A DNA stretch of 64,000 nucleotides from Eledone cirrhosa (GCA_964016885.1 OZ024743.1:325438001-325502000), one strand, 5' to 3'; counted from the stretch's first letter, positions 24,967 to 38,334 are shown. The notes: generated by a model from the letters alone, not told the origin. Made by a program: numbers and translations.

Positions 24967-27900
24967 GAAATGCTAGAGCGAAAGGAAGTTGATGTATGCT
25001 GTGTGCAAGAGACTAGATGGAGAGGAGGGTCTGCTAGAGTCCTTGTAGGAAAAAGCCAGTGCTACAAATTTTTCTGGGTGGGAAATGACGATGGGATGGG
25101 TGGTGTAGGTATACTATTAGCTGACAAGTGGGTAGATAAAGTAATCTCAGTGTACAGGGTAAATGCAAGAATCATTAAACTCAGACTAGTCCTGAATAAG
25201 ACAATTACCACAATAATATCAGCTTACGCACCCCAAAAGGGGCTGCCAGACGAACTTAAGGATAGGTTTTACGAGTCCCTAATACACACTACTGCTCTAA
25301 CAGACGACAAGGACTTCCTAATCATTGCAGGAGATTTTAACAGACACGTAGGTAAACACTGCGACGGCTTCAATAAAGTACATGGAGGCCATGGAGTTGG
25401 CACAAGGAATGAGGAAGGATTCAGACTTCTAGAATTCTGCGACGCCAATGACATGTCGATATGTAACACAAACTTTAAAAAACCCGACAACCACCTGATC
25501 ACCTATAGATCAGGGGAGCACTCTAGTCAGTTAGATTTTATCCTCATCAGAGGACGTGACAGATGGACGGTCGTAAACACAAAAGCCTTCCCTAGTGAGG
25601 AATGTACATCCCAACATAGCTTAGTTGTCAGCGACCTCACGGTCAGAACTAGACGAGCCCTGAAACAGAGGCCAACCTGGAGAAGAAAGATCTGGAAGCT
25701 GAAAGTCCCCTCAACCAGTAACAGATTTAAAGATATTTTACTCAACGCCTACGACAGTAAAGAAGAACAGATAGAGACATTTAACGTAGAAGAGAACTGG
25801 GAGTTCCTAAAAAATAACTTACTAGAGGCGACGGATGAGGTTTGTGGCTGGAGTAAGACCTCAAGCAGGAGGAGAGTGACTTGGTGGTGGAACAATAAGG
25901 TAGATGAAGCAGTCAAGGCCAAGAGACAGGCATGGAAAGAATGGAAGAACGGGGGGAGCAGGGTACATTACATAGAGACCAAGTGGGAAGCTAGGCGACA
26001 AGTATACTTAGCTAGGAGGGAAGCAGAGGATAGAAAATTCAAGCATGTTTTACAACGTGAGGACCAGAAACAGGAGGTATTCAAGATTGCGAGGCAGTGT
26101 GTCAGAGATAGTTGTGATGTCATTGGAGAGAAGTGTATCCGGAATGATAAAGGTGAGCTTGCCCTCACAAGTGCTGAGAAGAAAGATGCATGGAAGAGTC
26201 ATTATGATAGATTACTAAATGAGGAGAATGCATGGGAAGAAGAGACCCTACCCCACGTAGACCCTATAGAGGGACCAGCAGTACAAGTCAGCGGCAGCGT
26301 AGTAAGTAAGGCAATCAGAGATATGAAGATAGGGAAGGCAACCGGTCCATCGGGTATAGCTGCCGAGATGCTGAAGGCATCTGGGTCTGTAGGTCACACT
26401 ATAACCACACGTATTGTTAACCAGGTAATACTAGAGGGGGCCATACCAAAAGATTGGTGCAGTAGCATCATTGTCAACTGCTACAAAGGTAAAGGCGATG
26501 CACTAGATAGAGGAAACTATAGAGGTATAAAGTTGATGGACCAGGTCATGAAAGTAACAGAAAGAGTTATAGCACAGCTGATTAGGGACCGGGTGAATAT
26601 AGACGAGATGCAATTTGGGTTTGTACCAGGGAAAGGCACCACTGATGCCCTCTTCCTTGTGAGGCAATTACAGGAAAAGTACCTAGCTAAAAGTAAGCCA
26701 CTCTACTTGGCATTTGTCGACCTTGAGAAAGCCTTTGACAGAGTTCCACGTGCAGTAATCTGGTGGGCTCTTAGAAAACTAGGAGTAGATGAATGGCTTG
26801 TGAAAGCAGTACAAGCCATGTATAGGGGAGCAGTCAGCAAAGTTAGGATTGGCAATGAGTATAGCGAGGAATTTAGTGTACAGGTTGGGGTCCACCAGGG
26901 CTCTGTTCTTAGCCCTCTCCTGTTCATCATAGTCCTGCAGGCAATAACGGAGGAGTTTAAGACCGGATGCCCATGGGAACTCCTGTATGCTGATGACCTC
27001 GCACTCATAGCTGAATCTATGGTAGAACTAGAGAATAAATTCCAAACCTGGAAGCAGGGACTAGAGAGAAAGGGCCTCAAAGTCAACATGACAAAGACTA
27101 AGGTCCTTATAAGTAGACGAGAAAACAGAACCCAGATCCCCTCAGGGAAATGGCCTTGCTCAGTATGTAGGAAAGGTGTAGGTAGGAACTCCATTCTCTG
27201 CCCCAAATGCAAACAATGGGTACACAAGATGTAGCGGGATCTCAGGAAGCTTAATTAAGAATGTAGGATTCACATGCAGCAGCTGTGCTGAAACAGCAAG
27301 CAAACAGCCACAGGAAACAAGTACCACCAATCTCTGGGAGGGCCCTGTAGAAACAGTAGACAGCTTCTGCTACCTAGGTGACCGAATTAGCAACAGAGGT
27401 GGGTGCTCAGAAAGTACAATAACTAGGGTAAGAACGGGATGGAAGAAGTTTAGGGAACTACTACCACTGCTAGCTGCAAAAGGCTTCTCCCTCAGAATGA
27501 AAGGCAGACTGTATGATGCGTGTATCCGAACAGCGATGTTGCATGGTAGTGAGACCTGGGCGCTGAAGGTGGAAGACTTACGTAGATTAGAGAGAAACGA
27601 AGCCTGCATGCTCCGATGGATGTGTAACAGTAATATACGTGAACGACAAAGCATAAAGGAATTGAGAGAGAGACTGAGCATAAGAGGAATCAAATGCTGC
27701 GTGCAGGAGAGGCGGTTACGCTGGTATGGACATGTAATGCGTATGAAGGATGACAGCTGCATAAAAAGGTGCAGAGCACTAGAAGTTGATGGAAACCGCG
27801 GAGTGGGGAGACCCAAGATGACTTGGGATGAGGTGATAAAAGCTGACCTTACCCAACTACACCTCTCAAAGTCAATGACACACGACCGTGACTTCTGGCG

Positions 27901-28239
27901 TCACGCAGTAATACAGGGTACCCGACCTCCCATGGGTACATGCTGAAGCATATAAACAATATGCCCCCACTCCCCCCACCACAAGGTGGTCGTGGAGGTG
28001 CCACGGCAAAAAAAGCACCCAGCCCACACTGTAAAGTGGACGTGTAGGCGCCACGAAAAAGCACCCAGCACTCACTGTAAATGAGGTTGGTGTTAGGAAG
28101 GGCATCCAGCTGTAGAAATCAAGCCAGATCAGTTCCTGTATGAGCAAGGCATGGTCAGCCGACCAGACACTGCCCACAACAGGACAACCCGTCTAACCCA
28201 TGCTAGCGTGGAAGAACGGACGTAAAACGGTGATGATGA
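24967..28239 (+). mobile_element. Near-full-length RTE LINE (subfamily A), slightly 5'-truncated
   Basis: APE motifs (CVQETRW, SAYAP, GDFN, SQHSLV), RT motifs (NYRGIKL, DLEKAFD, HQGSVLSP, YADD), 3' UTR and (GAT)n tail. Confidence 0.97.
24970..27946 (+). pseudogene. RTE ORF2 (APE-RT-PHD-thumb), frameshifted near 27225
   Basis: Reads HKM* where sibling copies read HK(R/I)(C/W)SGI; the frame resumes to YLGD and GRPKMTW. The first ~40 aa of the 24850 ORF call are microsatellite. Confidence 0.9.
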
Positions 28240-29288
28240 TATGTATGCATGTATGCATACTTGTATGCATGTATGTATGTATGTGTATATGTATTTATAC
28301 ATGTATGTATGCATACTTGTATGTATATATGTATGTGTATATCAATGTATGCATGTATGTATGCATACATATATGTATGCATTCTTGTATGCATGTATGT
28401 GTATATGTATATATGCATCCATACACTCAGTCATACACACATGAGCTAACAAAGGAACCTCGGAGATAAAAATAGCAGCCAATTTTCCCTCCAACCATAC
28501 AATGTCATCATAAATAAAGAAGTAACATTAGACAGTGAAGTCACTTATATACAAAACTATGTTGGTCATGACCTTTAGTTATAAATCTTATCTGACCAGG
28601 TGGTCAACAACAACAGTGTAAACACAATCACTGGTCCAGTTCTGTTGTGAAGATAAAAGATAAATTACATAAAAAGCAGTTTTCATAATTAGCACAATAA
28701 ATAATTCTTTTTAGGTTCTTTTTTGTTGCTGCTTTATGAAGCTCTGTATTGGATCTCTCTCTACCCCTATCTTTCTCTCACACACACACTCGCTCTGTGT
28801 GAGAGAGGGGGAGTGTGTGTGTGTGTATATGTGTGTGTTCTAACACACTCTGTACCCTTCTATAAACTGGTGGATGATCAGAGACAGCAACAACACAAAT
28901 GCTATAGAGGACATGTTGATCTTGTCAAGTCCTTGACAAGCTCACAAGTTTTGGTGCCTTGATAAAAATCACCCAGTACACACTGTAAAGTGATTGGCAA
29001 TTGTATAGAGACAGTATCAAGTTGGGTTGGGCAGAGCTTCAGTGTTGCGAGGTACACGATAACCTCTCTAGTGTTGGTGACACAATAAAATGTAACCAGT
29101 ACATTCTGTGATGTGTTAGTGCTGGTACCCCAATTAAACCACAGGTCTCTCTCTCTCTCTCTCTTTCTCTGCAGAATGGTATGAAGAAAGACTCGACTAG
29201 TTTTGCCTGGTCCTTACCAGCTGATCATGAATGTTTACTTCATCAGTTCCACAGAGAAAAAGAGAGATGAGGGGGGGGGGGGGGGTGT

Positions 29289-29322
<34 letters not shown>

Positions 29323-29894
29323 ATGTATGTGTACATGAGAAGAAGAGAGAGAGATAGTGTATGTGTGAATGAGAAGAAGAGAGAGGGGATGGGAGAGAGA
29401 GAGAAGGGTAGGAACAGTGTCTTTCAACAATATATGAAAAATATGAGGAGTAATAGGTATAGCTTCCTCCCTTGATTAATAGCATCTATATTAATTGCAG
29501 GAAATTGGAAGAGTCGTTAGAATGGCGGATAGAATGCTTTATGCTACTCGTTCTGGCTCTCTTCTCTCTGAGTTCAAATCCCGTCAAGGTCAACTTTGCC
29601 TGTCATCCTTTCGAGGTCGATAAAAAAAAGTACCAGTCTACTACTGGGATCAATTCTTCCTCTATATCTCTTTCTCATTTCCTCTCTCTCTCTGATTTTC
29701 TATCCCTCTCTGGAAGAAACCTGCAGTACTCAGGCCTGGAGAGGGATGGGCTCAGCCAGGCTTAAAATGCCCAAGAAAAGCCATATGTCAATACGGCTCC
29801 CCTACAGCTCTATCAGGAGTTATGGGACCATACATACATACATACATACATACATACATACATACATACGTACGTACATACATACGTACGTACG

Positions 29895-29924
<30 letters not shown>

Positions 29925-29926
<2 letters not shown>

Positions 29927-32900
29927 ATGGCGACCGTTGTGGTCAGTGTCCGATAATCGGACGTGTGTAATTACGGCTTACATGAAGGCAACATACCATA
30001 TATTGGAAAAAGTTGAGCTACATTACGCGGTAAGATTACATACAATAATTCTACATAAGTGTTTGAACTGTAAGTGTGTTGTAAAACACCTATTTATATG
30101 AACGATACATACACTTATGATATATGAACGATACATATACTTTAACATATAAATGCAACGTTGTTATATTACATTTATAAAGAAATATACAAGTAACGTT
30201 TTCGATTCAGAAACAAAAACATAAGTGTTTGAACTGTGAATATGTTGTAGAACACCTATTTATGTGAATGATACATAAACTTTAACATATAAATACAGCG
30301 TTGTTATATTATATTACATTCATAAAGGAATATACTAAGTAATGGTTCTTTTTGTTCTCGATTCACATGTTTCAAGAACAACGTTTAAAACACAGTTGTA
30401 GAATTAAAAACTAACTGAAAAGAAATATTACCCAAGCTGTGAATAACTTTAAATTTGATTCTGACAGAACTTTGTCAAAACTTTTAAAGAAGATCATCGA
30501 CTATTTTGAAAAATAAATACAAAATATTAGTGAATAGACGAACTCATCATGGCAAAAAGTACAAGTCTCCTTCGACCAAATCGCAACTACAACCGTTGTA
30601 TACAATGGAGCTACGAGCTTAACAAAGTATTATATGAAGCATACAAACAATCTGAACCCCAAAAGTTCAGTTTTATGCAAAGGCTAAAAACTTTATGGAA
30701 CTCCAAACACCCAGAATTAGACTTTTCTCCAAAGCATTTAAATGAACAGGCAAACCGTATCATTAGATGTAAATTGATACATCTAACGGAATTGAGTGAT
30801 ACTACAAATACAGGCCTTGTAGACAACCACCCCACCTTCACTGACAGACAAAGAGAATGGCCAGCTAAATCTAACAGTGAACAGCTCACCAACAATTTTG
30901 CTGAAATCCATCCCACTTCCACTGAAGAACAGAAAGGTCAGCTGACTCTAGTAGTAATTGTCACCACATCAACAACGAGGCTGAAATTCATGACTCTACT
31001 GAACAAACAGAGCACCAAAAACTTTTGGACACCCTACAAGTGATATGGAACGATATGTTTCAAGAGATACACAGCCTTAATGTGAGTGACAGACCATACA
31101 ACACCAGAATCAGGAAAGAACCCACTAAAGTGGAATTGGAAGCGGTGAACGAAATAGCTGGCAATTATCTGAAGGCTATACGATCTAAAGGTGTAGAAAC
31201 GACATTTGAAATGCTTAATGTTTTGTTATATGTTTCAGCTGTCACATAACACACATCTAAAACCACGCAATCAAGATACAAACAGAAAGCCTGAACCAGC
31301 GTGGATGCGAAATTTAAAAACCAAAATTTTCTCCCTGAGACGAAGTATCTCACACATCGCAGTCGTTATGAAATGCAACATAGAGAGCAACTTCACACGA
31401 CACCAGGAGGACCTAAAGAAAAAGTTAGAGAGACGATTTGGAGATACAAAATTTAAAACTTTGAACTCCAAATTACACCAGTTGAAACAACAACTCACAG
31501 CTACAACAGAAAGACTAAAATATAAGTCAACAGCACATAAACGACAAGTGCTAAATAGATTGTTTGCCAGAGATCCTAAATCAGTTTATCGCAGCTTCAG
31601 TGGCAAAAGCTCAATCCCTGTAAACGACACCCCTTCAAAAGAACAGGTTGAGAGCTACTGGAGATCTGTATGGGAAACGGATGACGGATTCAACAGACAA
31701 GCTAATTGGCTAAAAGAACTTGAACAGGACTACTGCCAACATGTCCAGATAAAACAAACAGCTCTACAGAAAATGTCGAATAGGAAATCGCCAGGCCCAG
31801 ACCTCATTACAGGATACTGGTTGAAGAATTTCACTTTCTATCGGCAAGATCTCATACGGCTGTTTACAGAAACCATTAAAAGCACACAAGAACTGCCCAG
31901 ATGGTTATCAACTGCCACTACTCTCCTCATTCCCCAAAATAGCCAAACCACCCTTGCTAAAAATTACCGCCCAATAGCCTGCCAAAACATCATGTATAAA
32001 TTATATACTGGGTGCCTTAACCTGTTCTTACAGGATCACTGTGCTACCAACAACATCATAACACCTGAGCAAGCTGGTGGAAAGAGGGAGGTGTGGGGTT
32101 GCATAGATCACCTACTAACGAACAAAATGATTCAGGAAAAAACAACAAAGAATCGCAGAAACATGACTGTGGTGTGGCTGGACTATCAAAAAGCATTTGA
32201 TAGTGTACCTCATGGGTGGATTATTAAGGCTTTACAGTTAGCTAAAGTCCCACAACCATTGGTAGCTGCTGTTGAACGCCTGACCAAGAACTGGTACACC
32301 AATTTGATCCTTAGAGGTGAGAAGGAGCAAGTTAAGACTGATAAGATACATTACCAGAAGGGCATCTTTCAGGGTGATAGCTTGTCACTGCTACTCTTCG
32401 TTCTCTCACTGAATCCACTATCTTACCTACTCAGGAAACAAGGTGGACAAAGAAGTGGGCCCAGAAGTATCTCCCATCTTTTCTTTGTTGATGACCTGAA
32501 GTTGTATGGGCCAAATATCAATGACATCAAGAAACAATTGGACCTCATTACACAATTTTCAACCGACATCAAAATGAAATTTGGTGAGTCCAAGTGTGCA
32601 TATTGGCAGTAAAACGTGGAAGAGCTGTGCCCTCCTCTAGAAATCTAGAGATGAATGGCCTGACAATACAACCTCTGCAGTCAGGTGACAACTACAGATA
32701 TCTTGGACAGGATGAGAATGTCAGATATGATGGACCCATAAATAAGGAGAGAACCAGAACTGAATACCTCAGAAGAGTAAAGAAAATATGGTCATCAGAA
32801 CTGTCAGCATACAACAAATACATTGCCCACAATACTTATGCTGTGCCAATTCTAACGCCAACATTTGGCCTGCTGAACTGGTCATTGCAAGAACTAAGTG

Positions 32901-34092
32901 AGATGGATGTTAGAACTCGAAAACTTCTTAGTGTTACTGGGAACTTTAACATCAATGGTGATGTGGATAGGCTATACTTCTCACGCAAGGAAGGTGGCCG
33001 GGGTCTAAAATCAATATTAACAACATATGAGACCCGGATAGTAATACTGAAGCAACACCTTCAACAGAGGAAAAAGGTTGGCAACCATCTTGCCCAGGTT
33101 TATGAGCATGAAAAAAAAAATATCATTAGAATAGCGACTGATCTGGAGGAGAGATATGGAATAAAGCCTGATATAAATCTCTCACCCAGAGAAATCGGAA
33201 GATCCTATTCAATGTTCAAACAAGATAAAAAAATTGACCAATTTACAGAAAAAGTTGTGCATGGATACTTGAGGCGTAAAACACAGACCATAGAGGGGAT
33301 AAACCACTCAAAAAGCCTGGCATGGAGTTCCGACAAGTTTATGACATCACACCTTGAGGGATATCTCTATGCAATACAGGAACAAGAACTCCCTACCAAA
33401 TATCTGCTGCACAAAAGAGGAGGGACAGCAGCTGACAATAAATGTAGGCTATGTAAAACAAAGATCGAGGATGTAAGCCACATTGTTGCCAGCTGCGAAA
33501 GAATGTCATCTCGCTACTACCTCCCCATGAGACAGGATGGGATAGCTAGAACCATCTGGAACGCACTTCGGAAAACAAAATTAACAACAAACGAGGAGGA
33601 ATATATTGAGACAGATGGCACTAAGGAATACTGGTGGAACCTGAAAATAAAAACTGCCACCAAATTAAAGCACAACCGGCCTGATATTGTCGTTTGGGAC
33701 CACACATTGAAAACGTGTTCTGTTGTGGAGATCAGCTGCCCACTTGATGTAAACGTTGTCAGAAAAATACAAGAGAAGGAGGACATCTACGGACCATTGA
33801 TGAGGAGTTTACAAATCCAGTATCCAAGATACACCTTTAGCTTCATACCCATCATTATTGAAGCTACGGGTTATATACCAACCCGCTTAGACCAAAGTAT
33901 GACTGAACTTGGATTTGCGGACAAAAAGCGCAGCTCCCTAATTCATAGTCTACAAATGGCTGCGATAGCTGGCACCTTCAAAATTTGCAAAACATTCTTG
34001 CGATTCAAGGGATGACAATTTCTTTTCTTTTACAACCTTGCCACCAGGAAGGTGGCCGGTCAAAAAAATATACTCGAAATTAAGAGAAAGAG
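29925..34092 (+). mobile_element. R4/Dong-like non-LTR retrotransposon with restriction-like endonuclease, near full length, inside (CATA)n
   Basis: KSPGPD, NYRPIAC, DYQKAFDSVPH, GIFQGDSLS, FVDD, CRLC..H...C knuckle, RPD..E..K nuclease motif; CATA repeats on both sides. Confidence 0.93.
30549..34015 (+). pseudogene. R4-like ORF broken by about three frameshifts
   Basis: Overlapping frames 30549-31043, 31025-31249, 31206-32612 and 32594-34015. Confidence 0.88.
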
Positions 34093-34110
34093 ATACATAC
34101 ATACATACAT

Positions 34111-34688
34111 CGTGGCTGCCAACTCGTTTTCGAGTACGGCCACTACTTTATATCCATGTAGGAGAACCCCTACCGATGCGCTGAACGAGTGTGACTTTTT
34201 AGTCTAGCCTGCGACATGAAAACTCTGGTACAAACACTACACTTGTGACAATTATTGACACATAGTGCTGGGCCCATGGTACCATGTGACGACAAGTGCA
34301 GAGAGATCTCCAGATATAAAGCAATGCCTGTGCCGTGAAGCTTTTATAGTGAGCAAAGGCACTGCACAAAGCCAGTCCCACTCTCTTAACCAAGATGATA
34401 TTTACCAAAAAGAAGAACAAGTCAACATCATTGGATACCAGCAGGGTTGCAGGTGTTATATCAGAGTTTTCCTTCTCCTAGAATTCTGCCTTGACAAAGG
34501 CTAAGGGGTCATCTCTCCCGGTGATTTTGGATGGCCATTGACTCTTAAGAGCTCCTTTGCCCTTTGACAGGTTTTGTTTTTAGTCCTGCAGGATGTCCAA
34601 AGTCACCCTCCTCACCAAGAAACCTTGGTGGGGTTGCCAGTTTAGTCGCCAACGACCCGACCATGGGACAGGTTGTACTGGGATACAT
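34111..34688 (-). mobile_element. (ATGT)n-flanked non-coding element, truncated ~30 nt at its 5' end
   Basis: Truncation falls at an internal ATACAT that matches the flanking repeat. Confidence 0.88.
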
Positions 34689-34708
34689 ACATACATACAT
34701 ACATACAT

Positions 34709-35316
34709 GGTGGCTGCCAACTCGTTTTCGAGTACGGCCACTACTTTATATCCATGTAGGAGAACCCCTACCGATGCGCTGAACGAGTGTGACTTTTTAG
34801 TCCAGCCAGCGACTTGAAAACTCTGGTACAAACACTACACTTGTGACAATTACTGACACATAGTGCTGGGCCCATGGTACCATGTGACGACAAGTGCAGA
34901 GAAATCTCCAGATACAAAGCAATGCCTGTGCCGTGAAGCTTTTATAGTGAGCAAAGGCACTGCACAAAGCCAGTCCCACTCTCTTAACCAAGATGATATT
35001 TACCAAAAAGAAGAACAAGTCAACATCATTGGATACCATCAGGGTTGCAGGTGTTATATCAGAGTTTTCCTTCTCCTAGAATTCTGCCTTGACAAAGGCT
35101 AAGGGGTCATCTCTCCCGGTGATTTTGGATGGCCATTGACTCTTAAGAGCTCCTTTGCCCTTTGACAGGTTTTGTTTTTAGTCCTGCAGGATGTCCAAAG
35201 TCACCCTCCTCACCAAGAAACCTTGGTGGGGTTGCCAGTTTAGTCGCCAACGACCCGACCATGGGACAGGTTGTACTGGGATACATGTTACCAGTAGCAC
35301 CAACTGGTGACCTGAC
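34709..35316 (-). mobile_element. (ATGT)n-flanked non-coding element, full copy, head-to-tail with the previous copy
   Basis: Reverse complement of 23981-24585. Confidence 0.9.
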
Positions 35317-35839
35317 ATAGATACATACATACATACATACATACATACATACATACATACATACATACATACATACATACATACGTACGTACATATTAAT
35401 TGTATAATAATTAACTAAACTATTGAGACAACATGTGTGAGTTATGAATAAGTTGTAAATAAATTTACACGTGTACATATAATCAATATACTTTTAGCCA
35501 TCAATACATTACGCCCACTTGGCTATGCTTGCATGTGTTAAAGAGGTCTTTTGTAACACAGTCTCCACTTGTGTTCCTTTGTCATCTCATCTGTTGGGTT
35601 CAGTGTTTTGAGATCAGCTCTCACAACCTCTACTCTGGTCTTCCTTGCACTGCCCCAGCTTCCTTCCACTGGCCTTACCTGGCACTTCTTCACCCAGTGA
35701 TTATCATCCATACACATCACATCTCTATACCAATGCAATCTTCTCTTTTGCACACTATATCTGATTTCTCTTATACCCTTTTTTTCACATCATTCGCATA
35801 ATGAAAAAATTCATATATATATATGATGAATATATATTT

Positions 35840-36432
35840 CATCATCATCATCATCATCATCATCGTTTAACGTCCATCTTCCACGCTTGCATGGCTTCGG
35901 ACGGGAATTTTCCCACTTGAGGCAAGATTGGTTGTCTTGCTCGTATAGGACTGTCTGGCGGGTTTTCTACGGCTGGATGCCCTTCCTAACACCAACCACG
36001 TTTACAGTGTGGACTGGGAGGTTTTTACCGTGTTACCTACACGGCCACATTACAGCATGGACTGTGTGTTTTTTTGTGGTGACACCTACACGACCTCATT
36101 TATTTCGGACTGGATGTTGTGGTACCAACATATCTTTACATTGAAAGGGGTGGTGTGGATGGGGTGGGGGTAGTGGGATGGGGGTGTATTTTTGTTAGAG
36201 GTGCCTACTGACTGTAGGTTTTGCTTTGTACTTAGGCAAGGCGGGTCTTCTGTATTACTGTGTAGTGCCAAAGATCTCGGTCCAGTGACATTGTCTTGGC
36301 GAGGTGTAAGTGTGTGAGGTCGGAATTTATCAAGTCGTCCCAGGTTTTTCTGGGTCTGCCTACTCCGTGGCTACCGTCTATTTTTATCGCCCTGCACTTT
36401 TTTATACAGCTGCCGTCTTTCATGCGCATCAC
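35840..36432 (-). mobile_element. RTE subfamily B 3' fragment; an older RTE piece lies at ~35530-35780
   Basis: VMRMKDGSCIKKCRAIKIDG...GRPRKTW plus 3' UTR and tail. Confidence 0.9.
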
Positions 36433-36445
36433 ATATCTATATCTA

Positions 36446-36505
<60 letters not shown>

Positions 36506-36544
36506 AATATTAAAACAATCAAATCTTAGTTTAATACATTTATT

Positions 36545-36591
36545 TGCTGACAATTGTTTCTTCCAGAGGGATGTCTGGAATCATCGGAGCA
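36545..36591 (-). ncRNA. Type I hammerhead with CCGAUGA core
   Basis: TGCT-CCGATGA-TTCCAGA catccc TCTGGAA-GAA-ACAATTGT-C-AGCA: perfect 7-bp stem II, palindromic stem III, GUC triplet. Confidence 0.7.
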
Positions 36592-37218
36592 TAGGGAAGG
36601 CTTAAACAGGTGATTAAAATCCTAGTCTTCAGAACATTTAGGTAGATACATAACTGTTGTCAGTGTCATCGGCATCATGTAGAGAATCAGGAGTTAAAAA
36701 AGAATGTTATGCTTCAGAAAACACAATTACAAGGAGCAATGGTGAAAATTGAAAAATAAGCATATTATGTATAAATGTATTGTTTAAGGTAATACATGTG
36801 CAAAAAAAGGTACAAGCAAAAAGATAGGATAGATAGAAGATATCATAGCATTAGAAATCAGGTAATGTTAAGGGTATGTAATGCAAGAGTCAATACAATC
36901 AATAAGGCATGTATGTGGAAAGAGTTATATTATAGCTGAAACAAGCATATTTCACGTAGAATGTAAAAGCATGTTATAAGTGTTAGAAATGTTTAAACTT
37001 TTTTAAATGGCGTGCTATATGGTAGAGAGACATGTGGTGATAAAATGTATATAAATTATGTAAGATGTGAAGCAAAGCACGTGATTGAGTTAGATAGGTA
37101 ATTTTCATTCAAGAATTTTTGTATTGGAGTTCGTAAATAGATGTATATGTTGGGTGTAACTCAGATGTATTAACCATGGCATTTTCTTAGTTTTAAATGT
37201 AATTTTTTTGAGATGTCT

Positions 37219-37760
37219 ATAGTTTATAGATGTGTTTGGTAAAGATAAATTCCACTGAATTACTGGCCATGTTGTTATACTTGGTATATTATACTATGGT
37301 TTATAGATGTGTTTGGTAAAGATAAATTCCACTGAATTACTGGCCATGTTGTTATACTTGGTATATTATACTATAGTTTATAGATGTGTTTGGTAAAGAT
37401 AAATTCCACTGAATTACTGGCCATGTTGTTATACTTGGTATATTATACTATAGTTTATAGATGTGTTTGGTAAAGATAAATTCTACTGAATTACTGGCCA
37501 TGTTGTTATACTTGGTATATTATACTATAGTTTATAGATGTGTTTGGTAAAGATAAATTCCACTGAATTACTGGCCATGTTGTTATACTTGGTATATTAT
37601 ACTATAGTTTATAGATGTGTTTGGTAAAGATAAATTCCACTGAATTACTGGCCATGTTGTTATACTTGGTATATTATACTATAGTTTATAGATGTGTTTG
37701 GTAAAGATAAATTCCACTGAATTATTGGCCATGTTGTTATACTTGGTATATTATACTATG
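37219..37760. repeat. 77-bp tandem repeat, 7 near-identical copies
   Basis: Unit TAGTTTATAGATGTGTTTGGTAAAG...GGTATATTATACTA. Confidence 0.97.
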
Positions 37761-37874
37761 GTTTCCTATCTTTAAATTTTCTATTGAGGAAATATATATA
37801 TATTATATATATGTATGTATGTATGTATATATGTATGTATGTGTGTATGAATGTATGTGTGTATGTATGTATGT

Positions 37875-38334
37875 ATCATCATCATCATCATCATCATTTT
37901 TCGCCCGTTCTTCCACGCTAGTATGGGTTAGACGCGTTGTCCTGTTGTGGGCAGTGTCCAGTCAGCTGACCTTGTCTTGCTCATACGGGAACTGATTCTG
38001 GCTTGATTTTCTACAGCTGGATGCCCTTCCTAACACCAACCTCATTTACAGTGTGGGCTGGGTGCTTTTTTCCGTGGCACCTCCACGTCCACTTTGCAGT
38101 GGGAGGGTGTGGGTACATATTCTCTATATGCTTCAGCTTCGGCTTGTTCCTGTGGGGGGTCGGGTCTTCTGTATTACTGCGTGCCGCCAGAGGTCACGTC
38201 ATGTGTCATTGCTCTTGAGAGGTGTAATTGGGTAAGGTAGGCCTTTATCACCTCATCACAGGTCTTCTTGGGTCTCCCCACTCCGCGGCTTCCATCGACT
38301 TCTAGTGCTCTGCACCTTTTTATACAGCTGTCAT
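37875..38334 (-). mobile_element. RTE subfamily A 3' fragment
   Basis: Matches 27750-28239 in reverse. Confidence 0.88.

Noticed and set aside
18066-28469. Many ORFs such as MYVCMYVC, YIYIYI and HTHTH
   Set aside because: Translations of TA/CA/TATG microsatellites with no sign of coding function
29175-29270. Possible terminal exon after (CT)n-GCAG, phase 0, 31 codons
   Set aside because: The pyrimidine tract is a microsatellite and the peptide is uninformative; needs RNA evidence
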